Below are positions 37,687-47,105 of a stretch of DNA of 64,000 bases, piece by piece (within the stretch, counting starts at the first letter, position 1; every line of letters starts with the position of its first letter). A program made the position numbers and the translations under genes. Origin of the DNA: Acidimicrobiia bacterium (GTDB lineage: Bacteria > Actinomycetota > Acidimicrobiia > Acidimicrobiales > JANYDT01); the NCBI GenBank assembly GCA_043720395.1, contig JAYSSR010000038.1:5689-69688 (forward strand). The letters are read 5' to 3'. The notes beneath the pieces were generated by a model. The model saw only the letters and a program-made list of their open reading frames with translations, did not search any database and had not been told where the DNA came from.

Positions 37687-39891
37687 ATGACCAAAGGAAC
37701 CGTGGCATTCATTTGGCCTGAGGGACCGGGATTTCAAGCCGCTGGACAGTCCGCCCACCAAGAGTCGATTCGCCAACATTTCGAAGACTGTGGGTTCAAC
37801 ACCACCGTCTTTGTGCCGGGCGGGAAGGTGGCGAGTCCACTTCGCAGTGTTGGGAGCAAATCCGGGGCCCAACATCACGTTGTTACGCGCGGCGAACGCC
37901 GGATCGGAACGTGGTCGGTCGTCAGTCCCCGGACCGCTCTGACCGTGCTCACGTGGGGAGCGTTTCGACGTGCGCCGGAGCGGGTCCAACGCCGATTCGA
38001 CCGGGCGCGGACGTTCGCCCGCGCTCGTCGTGGAATCGATTTTGTCCTCGGCTCGCCGCTCACCCCGGACGACATCGCGTGGCTCAAAATGGAACTGGCG
38101 GCCCTCCAGCCCGTCCTGGTTGCGCCGTTCACCAGCTTCTGCGCTCCGCCGCGCCACGCGCTCCCGCGGAGCGTCAAGGCAGACATCTTGTTTCTGTCTG
38201 ACCATGAAGCGGATCGCCACCGCTCCCTCACCGAAGCCGGGCTGCGGGTCGCGCCATTCGACTACTCCGAGGCCCAAATGGTCACGGCCTTCTCGCCCTG
38301 GTCCGCGATCAGCGCGATCCAGTGGGACGAGGCCGCTTCCATCAAAGCCCTGCTCCCGTCCACAACGGTCTTCATCACGCCAGCGTCGCGAACCGCCAAC
38401 CCGGCACCTCCTGATCGGCTGGGTGAAGCACCGGTGGCGCTTTTCGTCGGAAGCGGGTCGATGCACAACGTCGATGGGCTCCGCTGGCTCCTCGCAGACA
38501 TCTGGCCCAAGATCCGTGCCAAGCGCCCCGACGCGGCTCTGCAGGTCGTCGGAACGGTGTGCGCACGCGTCGACGTTGTAGGCGAGGGCGTGACCGGACT
38601 CGGCGAGGTCGACGATCTCGACGCCGTGATCCAGAAGGCATCGGTCCTTGTTGTCCCGCTACGAACGGGGAGCGGACTCAAGGTGAAAGTGGTCGACGCG
38701 CTCTGCACAGGCAGCGCGATCGTTACGACCCCAATCGGGGCGCAAGGTTTTACGTCGATCGAACCGGAACCCTTTCTGGTTTGCGATGGTGCCGAACAGT
38801 TCGCCGATGGCGTGGTCAGCCTCTTCAACGATGAAGCACGTCGAATCGCACTACGACGACGCGCCACGGCGACCGCGTCGATGTTCTCCCCCGACAGGGC
38901 GTTCGACGCACTGGACGGCTATCTCGGCACGCGCGGCGTGACGATGGAACTCGCCGCAAACCCCGCAGCCGATTCACCCGCTGTGAGTGTCTGCATCGTG
39001 ATCCCGACGTTTCGGCGTGACGCGCTGCTCGCCGGCCTTCTCGCGTCGTTGCGGGATTTGGTCATTCCGTCCGAACTGTCTGCCGACGTCCTCGTGCTGG
39101 ACAACGACCCTGACGGGTCGGCCGAGGCCGCTGTGGAGGCGTCAGCGAAAACGTCGAGCCCGCTGAGCGTCCGCTACCAATACGTTGGAGCGGGTGACAT
39201 CTCGAAGGTTCGGAACGCGGCGATCGACGCGACGAGGGACCGTTACGACTTTGTGGCACTTCTCGACGACGACGAACAGCCCGAACCTACCTGGCTCCTC
39301 GAATTGTTCGCATGCCAACGTCGGTGGGACGCCGACGCCGTCATTGGACCGGTGCTCGGGCGACTTCCATCGAACTGCCCACCATGGATTGCCGATGGTC
39401 GGTACTTCGACGTCGTCTCGGGCAACGACGGGGCCCTGCTCCACGAGGGGATAACCGGCAACGCGTTGTTGCGTTGTGCGACTCTCAAGATGAGCGCACT
39501 GCGTTTCGACGAATCCATGGGCCTCTCCGGCGGTGAAGACCAACTTTTCTTCCGTCAACTGGTCCTCCAGGGTTCTCAGATCCGCTATGCCGCAGGCGCC
39601 GTGGTCCGCGAAACCGTCCCGGAGCACCGGTGCACCGCGTCGTATCTTCTGCGGCGCAGCGTCCGAGTCGGCAACACACTCGGCCTGATCGATGGCTGGA
39701 AGCAACGCACACCGTCCGCCGTAGCAGCGCGTACTGCCAAGTCGGGTGCATGGGTGGCAACGGGAGCTGCACGATCGTTCCTTGACATGACCCGAGGGGC
39801 GAGCCCTCTACCCGGCGCACTCCGCATTGCGCGAGGTGTCGGCATGGCACTTGGTCTCGCGCATTACCGCTACGACATGTACGCAAAATGA
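37687..39891 (+). CDS. Bifunctional glycosyltransferase: N-terminal GT-B (GT4/GT1-like) fused to C-terminal GT-A (GT2)
   Basis: GT-B C-terminal half LFVGSGSMHNVDGLRWL...VVPLRTGSGLKVKVVDALCTGSAIVTTPIGAQG. From about 38980 a GT2 domain: VCIVIPTFRRDALL...VLDNDPDGS...ALLDDDEQPEPTWL. I chose the ATG at 37687. Confidence 0.75.
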   Translation: MTKGTVAFIWPEGPGFQAAGQSAHQESIRQHFEDCGFNTTVFVPGGKVASPLRSVGSKSGAQHHVVTRGERRIGTWSVVSPRTALTVLTWGAFRRAPERVQRRFDRARTFARARRGIDFVLGSPLTPDDIAWLKMELAALQPVLVAPFTSFCAPPRHALPRSVKADILFLSDHEADRHRSLTEAGLRVAPFDYSEAQMVTAFSPWSAISAIQWDEAASIKALLPSTTVFITPASRTANPAPPDRLGEAPVALFVGSGSMHNVDGLRWLLADIWPKIRAKRPDAALQVVGTVCARVDVVGEGVTGLGEVDDLDAVIQKASVLVVPLRTGSGLKVKVVDALCTGSAIVTTPIGAQGFTSIEPEPFLVCDGAEQFADGVVSLFNDEARRIALRRRATATASMFSPDRAFDALDGYLGTRGVTMELAANPAADSPAVSVCIVIPTFRRDALLAGLLASLRDLVIPSELSADVLVLDNDPDGSAEAAVEASAKTSSPLSVRYQYVGAGDISKVRNAAIDATRDRYDFVALLDDDEQPEPTWLLELFACQRRWDADAVIGPVLGRLPSNCPPWIADGRYFDVVSGNDGALLHEGITGNALLRCATLKMSALRFDESMGLSGGEDQLFFRQLVLQGSQIRYAAGAVVRETVPEHRCTASYLLRRSVRVGNTLGLIDGWKQRTPSAVAARTAKSGAWVATGAARSFLDMTRGASPLPGALRIARGVGMALGLAHYRYDMYAK

Positions 39892-40808
39892 CCACCACCG
39901 CTCGTGACGAAATCGCGGCTACTCGGGATAATGTTCGCGGCCGACTCGCTGCCCGGCACAACGTCGTGTTGGAACAGGACCGCCGTCCGGTCAGGGGCGC
40001 ACCCCAACGCAGTTCAGAAGGAAATCGCAGGATGGTCGAGGTTCGTCGGGTCCGGGTGCTCAACTCATGGGTTGAGACATTCGACTCAGAATCTTTTCTT
40101 GCCACGATCAGTCGACATGTCGCCTCGGGCGAGCAGGTCGTGGTGGCCAATCACAACGTGAACAGCCTCACAATTTTTCAGCATGACGAAAAGTTCCGCG
40201 AGTTCTTTGACATCGCGCAGCATTGTTTCGTGGACGGAATGGGTGTGCTCGCGATCTCGAGGCTGGAGGGCACCGGGGTCAGGGCGGTCAATCGCATCGC
40301 CGTTCTCGACTGGATCTGGCGGCTCCTCGCACTTGCCGAGCAAGGCGGGTGGCGGGTAACCCACCTTGGTTCCACCCCGGACACGATCGCCGCCGCTTCT
40401 CAAAAGATCCTGGCCGAGCGGCCGCAACTCGAACTCACGATGCTGGACGGCTTCTTCGACCACCAACGCGATTCCGAGGGCAACCACGCCCGTCTCGACG
40501 ACCTGAGGGCGGCGGCACCCAACATTTTGCTAGTCGGTATGGGTATGCCACTTCAGGAACACTGGCTCGTTGAAAATTTGGGTGAATTGCCCAACTGCGT
40601 GATCATCACCGTCGGCGGGATCATGGGCTTCCTCGGCGGTGACCGCAAGACCCCTCCTCGCTGGATGGGACGTCTCGGAATCGAGTGGCTCTTTCGTGTC
40701 GCTACCGAGCCACGCCGATTGACCCGCCGGTACACCGTCGAACCCCTCGAGTTGGCACCGGTGATTGGACACCATGTCGCCGAACGTCTGCGGCGGCATC
40801 AGCGATGA
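39888..40808 (+). CDS. WecG/TagA/CpsF-family (GT26) glycosyltransferase
   Basis: VVVANHNVNSLTIFQ...CFVDGMGVL...ILLVGMGMPLQEHW...TVGGIMGFLGG...EWLFRVATEPRRL. The ATG overlaps the upstream stop (ATGA). The ATG at 40032 is an alternative. Confidence 0.8.
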   Translation: MTTTARDEIAATRDNVRGRLAARHNVVLEQDRRPVRGAPQRSSEGNRRMVEVRRVRVLNSWVETFDSESFLATISRHVASGEQVVVANHNVNSLTIFQHDEKFREFFDIAQHCFVDGMGVLAISRLEGTGVRAVNRIAVLDWIWRLLALAEQGGWRVTHLGSTPDTIAAASQKILAERPQLELTMLDGFFDHQRDSEGNHARLDDLRAAAPNILLVGMGMPLQEHWLVENLGELPNCVIITVGGIMGFLGGDRKTPPRWMGRLGIEWLFRVATEPRRLTRRYTVEPLELAPVIGHHVAERLRRHQR

Positions 40809-40888
40809 TCTCGGCACAATGAAGGTGCGACCCCCGATTGAGTCCGCGGCCCCTTGACCAGGCACGCCCCAACTGTGAAGCTGGCTTC

Positions 40889-42724
40889 ATGACCACGAAG
40901 AGCGGCGAATCGTCGCGGCGAATCGTCGCGTTGACGCTGATCGCCACCCTCTGCGCTTGTCAGTCTGCTGCGCACGCTGCTACGGCAACGACCACCGCGA
41001 GCCCGACAACGACCCGGCCAATCGGCACTTCGCCCACGGCACGAACCCGAGTGATTGCGCCGACGACCGCCCTTCGACCGAGTCCAGTTAGGCCCACCAC
41101 AACAGGCGTGGGCCTCAAGGGGACAGCAACGACAACGAAAGGCCAGCCCCCAACCACCACCATCGCCAAGGGACGCGTCACTACAACGACGTTGCTGAGC
41201 GTTTCGGCAACACCGACCACGCGAAGGACTCGGATCACGGTCCGACCAATCGCTCCGCCGAAACCGACCGCCGCGACCGTTGCCGACGCGTCCGTCACGG
41301 TCGCAGCCGCGCGTCGAAAGCGGGACGCAAAGGCACTCATAGCGGGTTTGAGGATGCTCGGCCTGCGACTCCTGGAGGCGAAACGTCCGGCCGAATCCGC
41401 CACAGCATTGCGCGAAGCCGTTGGTCTGCTCAACGCGCCGGGCGACCTCCTCGAACGCCGCGAAACCGAGGCAACCCTTGGATGGGCGTTGAACACCGCG
41501 GGCGACTTCAAAGGTGGCGTCACAGTCCTGCAAGACGCGCTCCGCCTCGGCGACGAGCAGCGTGCGACACAACCGGTCATGGTCAACATCTTGAAACTTC
41601 TCGTTTGGGGCGCACGCGCGAGCAGTGACCACGAGTCGGCCGTCAATGCGCTTGAACGACTGCGTGACTTTGGCGAAAAAGGCGATAGCACGATTGATCT
41701 TGGCGACACCTATGAGGGACTTGCGGTCGAACGGCTCCTCATGAAGTCCGTCGGTCCGGCGGTCTCCTATGCACGAAAAGCCGTCGCCGCTCGTGCCAAC
41801 GCCAAACCAGTCGTGCTCGCCGGTTCATATCAGGTGTTGGGATGGGCGCTCGACAGCATGGATTCCTCCCCGGAGGCGATTCAGGCGCTAAAGAAGTCCA
41901 TCGACTTGCGCCGCCAGGCTGGCGTCGCCGCTTCGGAGAACCTCGAAGCACTCCTACTCCTGGCCAATTCTGCCCGCAAGGCGGGTGACGCAGACACGAG
42001 CTTCACCGCTCGCCGTGACGTCATTCAGATAGCGCGAGACAGAGGCGATGCTCCTGCGCTGGCCGACGGCCTCGACGAACTCGGGCTCGCCGCGCTGCTG
42101 CTGCAACGCCCGCAAATCGCCGTACCGCCGCTTACCGAAGCCGTAGCGCTGCGTCGCTCGTCTGGTGCCAGCGTGGCGTTCGGTCGATCACTGCACCTGC
42201 TTGGCTGGGCGCTCTCCGGCAGCGGACGCAAAGATGAAGCTGTTGGCACGTACAACGAAGCTGCGGAAATCCGCCGTCAGGTCGGCGACACCCGCGAGGT
42301 GCAGCTTGAATCACTTCGCGCTCTCGGCTACCTACTTTGGGAATTGAAGCGCGGGAACGAGGCCATTCCGCCCTTTGAGCGCTCCCTTGCGTTGGTGAGA
42401 AAGGACCCATCAGATGCTCCCTCGGAGGCGGCTGCGTTGACGGATCTCAGCGTTGCCTATCTCATTGGCTCAATCCCGGACAAGGCCTTGGAACCAGCAC
42501 AAACCGCCATCGATCTCTTCGAGCGAATCGACAAAAAAGGCGAGGCCCTTGCTGCGGCGTTGTATGCATATGGCTGGGCCTTGTTCAGCAATGCTCGCCA
42601 AAAGGAGGCCATCGATCCATTTCGTCGGTCACTCGCGATCCGCGAAGCGGCGGGCAGCGCAAAGATCGACGAAACACGATCGTTCCTCCAGGCAGCCATC
42701 GAATCGAGCGGGCCAGGGGGCTGA
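40889..42724 (+). CDS. Secreted/lipoprotein-like TPR-repeat protein with Thr/Pro-rich N-terminal linker
   Basis: Signal-like IVALTLIATLCAC, ~150 aa of Thr/Pro-rich sequence, then about 10 TPR-like repeats (recurring A..L..LG.AL...G....A......A..I motifs). Confidence 0.6.
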   Translation: MTTKSGESSRRIVALTLIATLCACQSAAHAATATTTASPTTTRPIGTSPTARTRVIAPTTALRPSPVRPTTTGVGLKGTATTTKGQPPTTTIAKGRVTTTTLLSVSATPTTRRTRITVRPIAPPKPTAATVADASVTVAAARRKRDAKALIAGLRMLGLRLLEAKRPAESATALREAVGLLNAPGDLLERRETEATLGWALNTAGDFKGGVTVLQDALRLGDEQRATQPVMVNILKLLVWGARASSDHESAVNALERLRDFGEKGDSTIDLGDTYEGLAVERLLMKSVGPAVSYARKAVAARANAKPVVLAGSYQVLGWALDSMDSSPEAIQALKKSIDLRRQAGVAASENLEALLLLANSARKAGDADTSFTARRDVIQIARDRGDAPALADGLDELGLAALLLQRPQIAVPPLTEAVALRRSSGASVAFGRSLHLLGWALSGSGRKDEAVGTYNEAAEIRRQVGDTREVQLESLRALGYLLWELKRGNEAIPPFERSLALVRKDPSDAPSEAAALTDLSVAYLIGSIPDKALEPAQTAIDLFERIDKKGEALAAALYAYGWALFSNARQKEAIDPFRRSLAIREAAGSAKIDETRSFLQAAIESSGPGG

Positions 42725-42862
42725 CGTGGTTGTCTCGCGTCCTTCGCCCATTTCCTTGAGGACCCGTAACGAAACAACGTGCGCGCACACTGATCGACAG
42801 CGCCGTGCGCGACACGGGTACGGAGATTTGGGCGCGCAAGTAGTTACGTTCCGTGCCCTCCC

Positions 42863-44260
42863 GTGATGGAACGCGGCAAGCGCTACACACAGCAGCGTCG
42901 AGCGCCAGGTCTGCGCCCGGGCCGTCACTCGCGCCAACGTAACCTCGCGCATGACACGGGCTGGTCCGCTGCAATCCAGGTCATGCGGCTCCTGGCCTCG
43001 CTCGCCACCTTTATTGCGTTTCGCATCACCATCGGAAACGGCCAATATGGCCCATTTGCCGGTGTCCAAGGCCTTGTCGTGCTGTCGAGCCTCCTTGGCT
43101 GCTTCTGGCTCCCGCAACTGGCCTTGCAGCGCGTCTTACGCGACCAGGTCTCAATCCAGTCGATGGCCACGAGGGCCATTTCACTTGCGGTCGTCGGCGG
43201 TGCTGTTTCGTTTGCCGCCATCATGGTGTCCGGGCGGATCTTTTTGCCGACAATTCCCCGACTCGCGCTCGCTGGGCTAGGACTGGCCGAGATCGCCGCA
43301 GCGATTCTCATCGAGATGCCTGCATCACTGATGCAGGCGAAGCGCGGGTTCGCTGCCTCGGCGCGAACCCGTCTGGTCACTCCCACCTGTCGACTCGTTG
43401 CCGTCGCGTTGGCGATTTTGACCTCGGTAGACACTCTGCAACGGTTCGCCGTTTTGGTCGCGGCGACACTCATACCCGCTGCCCTCGTCAGTGCCTTTGT
43501 CACCTTCCGCCGACTCGGGATACGGCCCTCGTTCGGTCCGTTCCTCGGTTCAGACGTGGTCGGCGGGCTTTCGTATTCAGTGATTGGTGGGCTCTACGTG
43601 ATTCAGGACGATGGCGACAAGACCATGCTGGTTTCCGCGGGATTCGATATCGACGCGGGACGGTATGCAGCGGCCTATCGACTTCTCCAGATCGCGATGT
43701 TCCCCATCAATGCCTTTGTTGCGGCAACCCATGGTCGGTTCCTCCAGTTCCGAGGAACAGACCCGCCGCGCGCCCGGCTTCGTCGAGCAGCCCGATTCGC
43801 GGCCCCGACGCTTGCCTATTCAATATTCGCAGCGGGCTTCGTCTTTGCGGCGGCTTCTCCCCTTGCTTCGCTCATGGGGATCGAGGGAGACGCCGTAATT
43901 TTCCGGTGGCTTTGCCTACTCCTCCCACTGCGCTGCACCGCAGAATTCGCGCTCAATGGACTGCTCGGACTCGGGCGGAACTGGATTCGCGTTGCGATCG
44001 TTGGAGTCTCCGGGTTCAGTAATGTCGCCATCAACCTCGCCTTCATTCCATCACATTCTTGGAAAGCCGCGGCCGCCGCCACGTTAATTGCCGACTCGCT
44101 CCTGACCGTAATCGCTTGGCTCGCGCTGGCCGTGCTGAGCCGGGGTCGATGGAATCAGTCGTTCACGCGGGCGGCGGAACCGGACCGTTCGGCCCGGACG
44201 GTATCGCCAGGCCGACCGAGGCGACGTTGGGGTGTGCGGCCTCGTCACGGGAGACCGTGA
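42863..44260 (+). CDS. Polysaccharide flippase (Wzx/MOP superfamily-like), polytopic membrane protein
   Basis: About 12 hydrophobic helices and a size and composition typical of oligosaccharide flippases. No sharp motif seen. Start uncertain. Confidence 0.6.
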   Translation: MMERGKRYTQQRRAPGLRPGRHSRQRNLAHDTGWSAAIQVMRLLASLATFIAFRITIGNGQYGPFAGVQGLVVLSSLLGCFWLPQLALQRVLRDQVSIQSMATRAISLAVVGGAVSFAAIMVSGRIFLPTIPRLALAGLGLAEIAAAILIEMPASLMQAKRGFAASARTRLVTPTCRLVAVALAILTSVDTLQRFAVLVAATLIPAALVSAFVTFRRLGIRPSFGPFLGSDVVGGLSYSVIGGLYVIQDDGDKTMLVSAGFDIDAGRYAAAYRLLQIAMFPINAFVAATHGRFLQFRGTDPPRARLRRAARFAAPTLAYSIFAAGFVFAAASPLASLMGIEGDAVIFRWLCLLLPLRCTAEFALNGLLGLGRNWIRVAIVGVSGFSNVAINLAFIPSHSWKAAAAATLIADSLLTVIAWLALAVLSRGRWNQSFTRAAEPDRSARTVSPGRPRRRWGVRPRHGRP

Positions 44261-44309
44261 GTTCCCCACCCCCAGTGACCTCCCCACCCACACACCCAGG
44301 GAGTTCGAG
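44259..44309. repeat. C-tract element related to the 24-nt G-tract repeat family (inverted orientation, degenerate)
   Basis: GAGTTCCCCACCCCCAGTGACCTCCCCACCCACACACCCAGGGAGTTCGAG lies directly after the wzx stop. Compare the reverse complement of the repeat unit, AGTTTCCCGCCCGCCCACCCAGTG. Confidence 0.5.
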
Positions 44310-44354
44310 AGGCGGATGCGGGGCAGCGCAAGGGATCACGAGTACACACTCGCG

Positions 44355-45623
44355 TCAGTGATGTGGCCGGGCACTGGGACGCGCATTGCGATAGACCGCA
44401 GACACGAGAAGCACCACGATCGCCCATCCGCCGTTGAGGAACGGCTCGCTTTCGGCTAGCGCCGTAGTCATGAGGCCGATGATGATGAGGGGCATCCACG
44501 CTCCCTTGCGTTCCCGTCGCAACCACGAAACCGAGCGGAGCAATGCGCCACCCAAGACGCAGAGGATTCCGACGAGACCGACCATCCCGAGTTGCAACCA
44601 GAAGTCCAAATACCCCTGATGTGCGTGGTACGCCCGAAACCCGGTCGCCGACCAGATCCTCACGCTCGCAGGGGTGGCGTCGTCCCAGATTCCGCCGAAG
44701 CCATGGCCTATCCACGGCCTGCGACCAATGGCCTGGACAACGGCGGACCAGATCCGGGTACGACCTGTAAACGTCGCGTCTCGTCCAAACACGCTCGTGA
44801 GTAGGGCGGGGTCGATGAAGAAGAGGCTCAGGCCGAGCAACACCCCGAGCAAAGCCGACAGGACGACGACGCTTCGGCGTAGGCCACGGGGGATCGAGCG
44901 GAACGCGCCGAAGAACGACGCGACACCGGCGACGACCACGAACGCGGCGACCGCAGTCGAAGATTGACTCAGCGCCACGAGTCCAATTGCCGCCGACGCC
45001 CAAAGCTTCCAACGACCACGGCCCTCCGTCACCAACACCACGAAGGCCATCCAGGCAAACATGCCGAGCGCGTTCTTGTGCTGGAACGAGCAGCGAAACC
45101 CGGGCGCGCCGTCGAGCGCAGTCCGACTAGCCCAGCCCGGCGCTACAACGATCTCGATGTAGCAGAGGGCGATAACCGCCCGAGCAAACTGCGCGAGCTT
45201 CGGCAGCAGGCGTTCGTTTGGTAGTAGCGCCCCGGCCGACCAGCCGATGAGCGACATCATGAACAGGGCGAGAACCCGCTTCCTGGAAGCTTGAACATCC
45301 ACCGACCAAACAATGGAGAGAAGTGCCCAGCCACAAAGAAACATCAGCGATATGGGGAGTCGGAGGTGTCGAAGCACGGACGCTGGCGTCGAAATAAGAG
45401 CGGCCAGAGCCATCGCAGTCACAACAAATCGGAGTAACCCGAGCTTACCGTGATCGGGAATAAGCAAGACCGACGGGGCAACCAAACAAAAAAGCTGGGC
45501 GATCCGAGTTTCCTTTCGACGGCCGACCAGGTCCTTCTCCCAATCTCGATTGTCTGGAAACAGGGGAACTGCCAGTCTCGCAGGGTTCGTCAAAAGAGGT
45601 CCCCGGTGTGAGATCTCGTTCAC
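44355..45623 (-). CDS. O-antigen ligase/polymerase (Wzy/WaaL-like) polytopic membrane protein
   Basis: About 10-12 TM helices with a large loop (FGGIWDDATPASVRIWSATGFRAYHAHQGYLDFWLQLG resembles the Wzy_C/O-antigen ligase loop). I chose the GTG at 45623, 7 nt after the upstream stop. The track ORF start at 46115 overlaps the PCP gene. Confidence 0.6.
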   Translation of the reverse strand: MNEISHRGPLLTNPARLAVPLFPDNRDWEKDLVGRRKETRIAQLFCLVAPSVLLIPDHGKLGLLRFVVTAMALAALISTPASVLRHLRLPISLMFLCGWALLSIVWSVDVQASRKRVLALFMMSLIGWSAGALLPNERLLPKLAQFARAVIALCYIEIVVAPGWASRTALDGAPGFRCSFQHKNALGMFAWMAFVVLVTEGRGRWKLWASAAIGLVALSQSSTAVAAFVVVAGVASFFGAFRSIPRGLRRSVVVLSALLGVLLGLSLFFIDPALLTSVFGRDATFTGRTRIWSAVVQAIGRRPWIGHGFGGIWDDATPASVRIWSATGFRAYHAHQGYLDFWLQLGMVGLVGILCVLGGALLRSVSWLRRERKGAWMPLIIIGLMTTALAESEPFLNGGWAIVVLLVSAVYRNARPSARPHH

Positions 45624-45630
45624 GTGCCTA

Positions 45631-47076
45631 TCAGGGCCGATTGATGATCGGGAAGATCGACTTTTGGTCGAAGGTCGGCGAAGTCGTGAGGTTGCGGAGG
45701 CGATCACAAACCTGGGTCGGAATCGGCACGACGACAACGATGAGATCCACGTGCGCCGCAAGCGCGACCGCAGCGGGACTTGCCGCGATGCCACCATCAA
45801 AGACCACGATGTCTGCGAGCGAACGTGCCCCCTCAACCAATCGCCCCGTTGCCTCGTAGGAAACCGCACCCGACGGTGCCGACTCCGAATCAGCGGGGAG
45901 AAAGAGAATTTTGTGGCCCTGCACCTCACGAACGAAGCGAAACTCAACCCCTTTGCCCTGATCGGCGAGAACCCGGCCGAGACCAGGCAGGCCGCTGGCA
46001 CCCAGCAGCGTCGTCGTGTGCGCGTTCTCCAAATTGGCGTCCACCAATAAAACCGATGCGTTCGTGCCCTCGAAGGAAGCCGCGAGGGCCCGAGCAATCG
46101 TCGATGTACCCGCACGCTCCTCGGAACTTGTCACCAGTACGGTGAAATGCTCACCCTTCATCCGGCCGATGATGAGCGAGGACATGTGGGCGAAATCGCG
46201 CTCGAAGGAGCTTGGCGAAGCACCCGTAGCGGTCGCGGGGAAAAAGGGCCGATCACCGAGCTGGCGAGCGTGGTGGATCTCCGTGAGGACGGGACGCCCG
46301 AGCATCTCCTCGGCCTGAGGGCGCGAGAGAACTCGCGGGCGGCCGAGCGCAGCCAGCGCAAGGATGACAAACGAGCCGAGCAGACCACCCCCAATCGCTG
46401 ACGCCAACAAGGCCGTGACCGCCGGACGGCCACCGCCGGAGAGGGCGTGCGGGGAGTCCAGCACCTGAACTGGCACATCGCGACTCGCGGTTCCGAACTC
46501 CACCTCGGTCTTGCTGGTAATCAACGCGTCGTACTCCTGCAGAAGCACCGCTCGCCGCGTGGTGGCATTTGACGTCGTGTCATCCTCAAGAATTCCGCTC
46601 AGAGCATCGAGATCGTCGAGTACCTGGGTAATTCGCGCGTCGATCGCCGTGGTCGACGCCACCGCACTCTGCGTCCGAATCTTCTGTCGGATCTCATTGA
46701 ACGACGTGACCAGCGCCTTGCCAATTTGCACGCCGATGGCCGTGGAATCGCTCTTGATCGTGATGTCGATGACGTCCGTTCGTGGTCGTTGCACGACACC
46801 TATCGACGTCTGAATTCCTGTGGCGGTCGTCCCAGGGACCTTTGCGGCGATCAATTTCGCGAGCTCGTCGCTCTGTAGCACTCCTATCTGGGTCTGCACA
46901 AACCGGTCGGGATCGGCTATGTCATTCGTCGGACGGGCGATCAGCATCGAAAGGCCCGCAGCCGACCCGTCATTGAACAGACCCAAAGCCAACAGTACGT
47001 TCGGACCCATTACGATCGCGAACAACAGAAAGGCGGCGCGTCTGCGCAAAATGCTGATAATGGTGCTGAGTTCCAT
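45631..47076 (-). CDS. Polysaccharide co-polymerase (Wzz-like) fused to a degenerate BY-kinase/ParA-like domain
   Basis: N-terminal TM, a periplasmic coiled region and a second TM (LLGSFVILALAAL), then a CpsD/Etk-like domain with VLVTSSEERAGTSTIA, VLLVDANL and DIVVFDGG. Confidence 0.7.
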   Translation of the reverse strand: MELSTIISILRRRAAFLLFAIVMGPNVLLALGLFNDGSAAGLSMLIARPTNDIADPDRFVQTQIGVLQSDELAKLIAAKVPGTTATGIQTSIGVVQRPRTDVIDITIKSDSTAIGVQIGKALVTSFNEIRQKIRTQSAVASTTAIDARITQVLDDLDALSGILEDDTTSNATTRRAVLLQEYDALITSKTEVEFGTASRDVPVQVLDSPHALSGGGRPAVTALLASAIGGGLLGSFVILALAALGRPRVLSRPQAEEMLGRPVLTEIHHARQLGDRPFFPATATGASPSSFERDFAHMSSLIIGRMKGEHFTVLVTSSEERAGTSTIARALAASFEGTNASVLLVDANLENAHTTTLLGASGLPGLGRVLADQGKGVEFRFVREVQGHKILFLPADSESAPSGAVSYEATGRLVEGARSLADIVVFDGGIAASPAAVALAAHVDLIVVVVPIPTQVCDRLRNLTTSPTFDQKSIFPIINRP

Positions 47077-47105
47077 ACGTGCTCCGAAGAAGTAAGTTGA
47101 AAATA

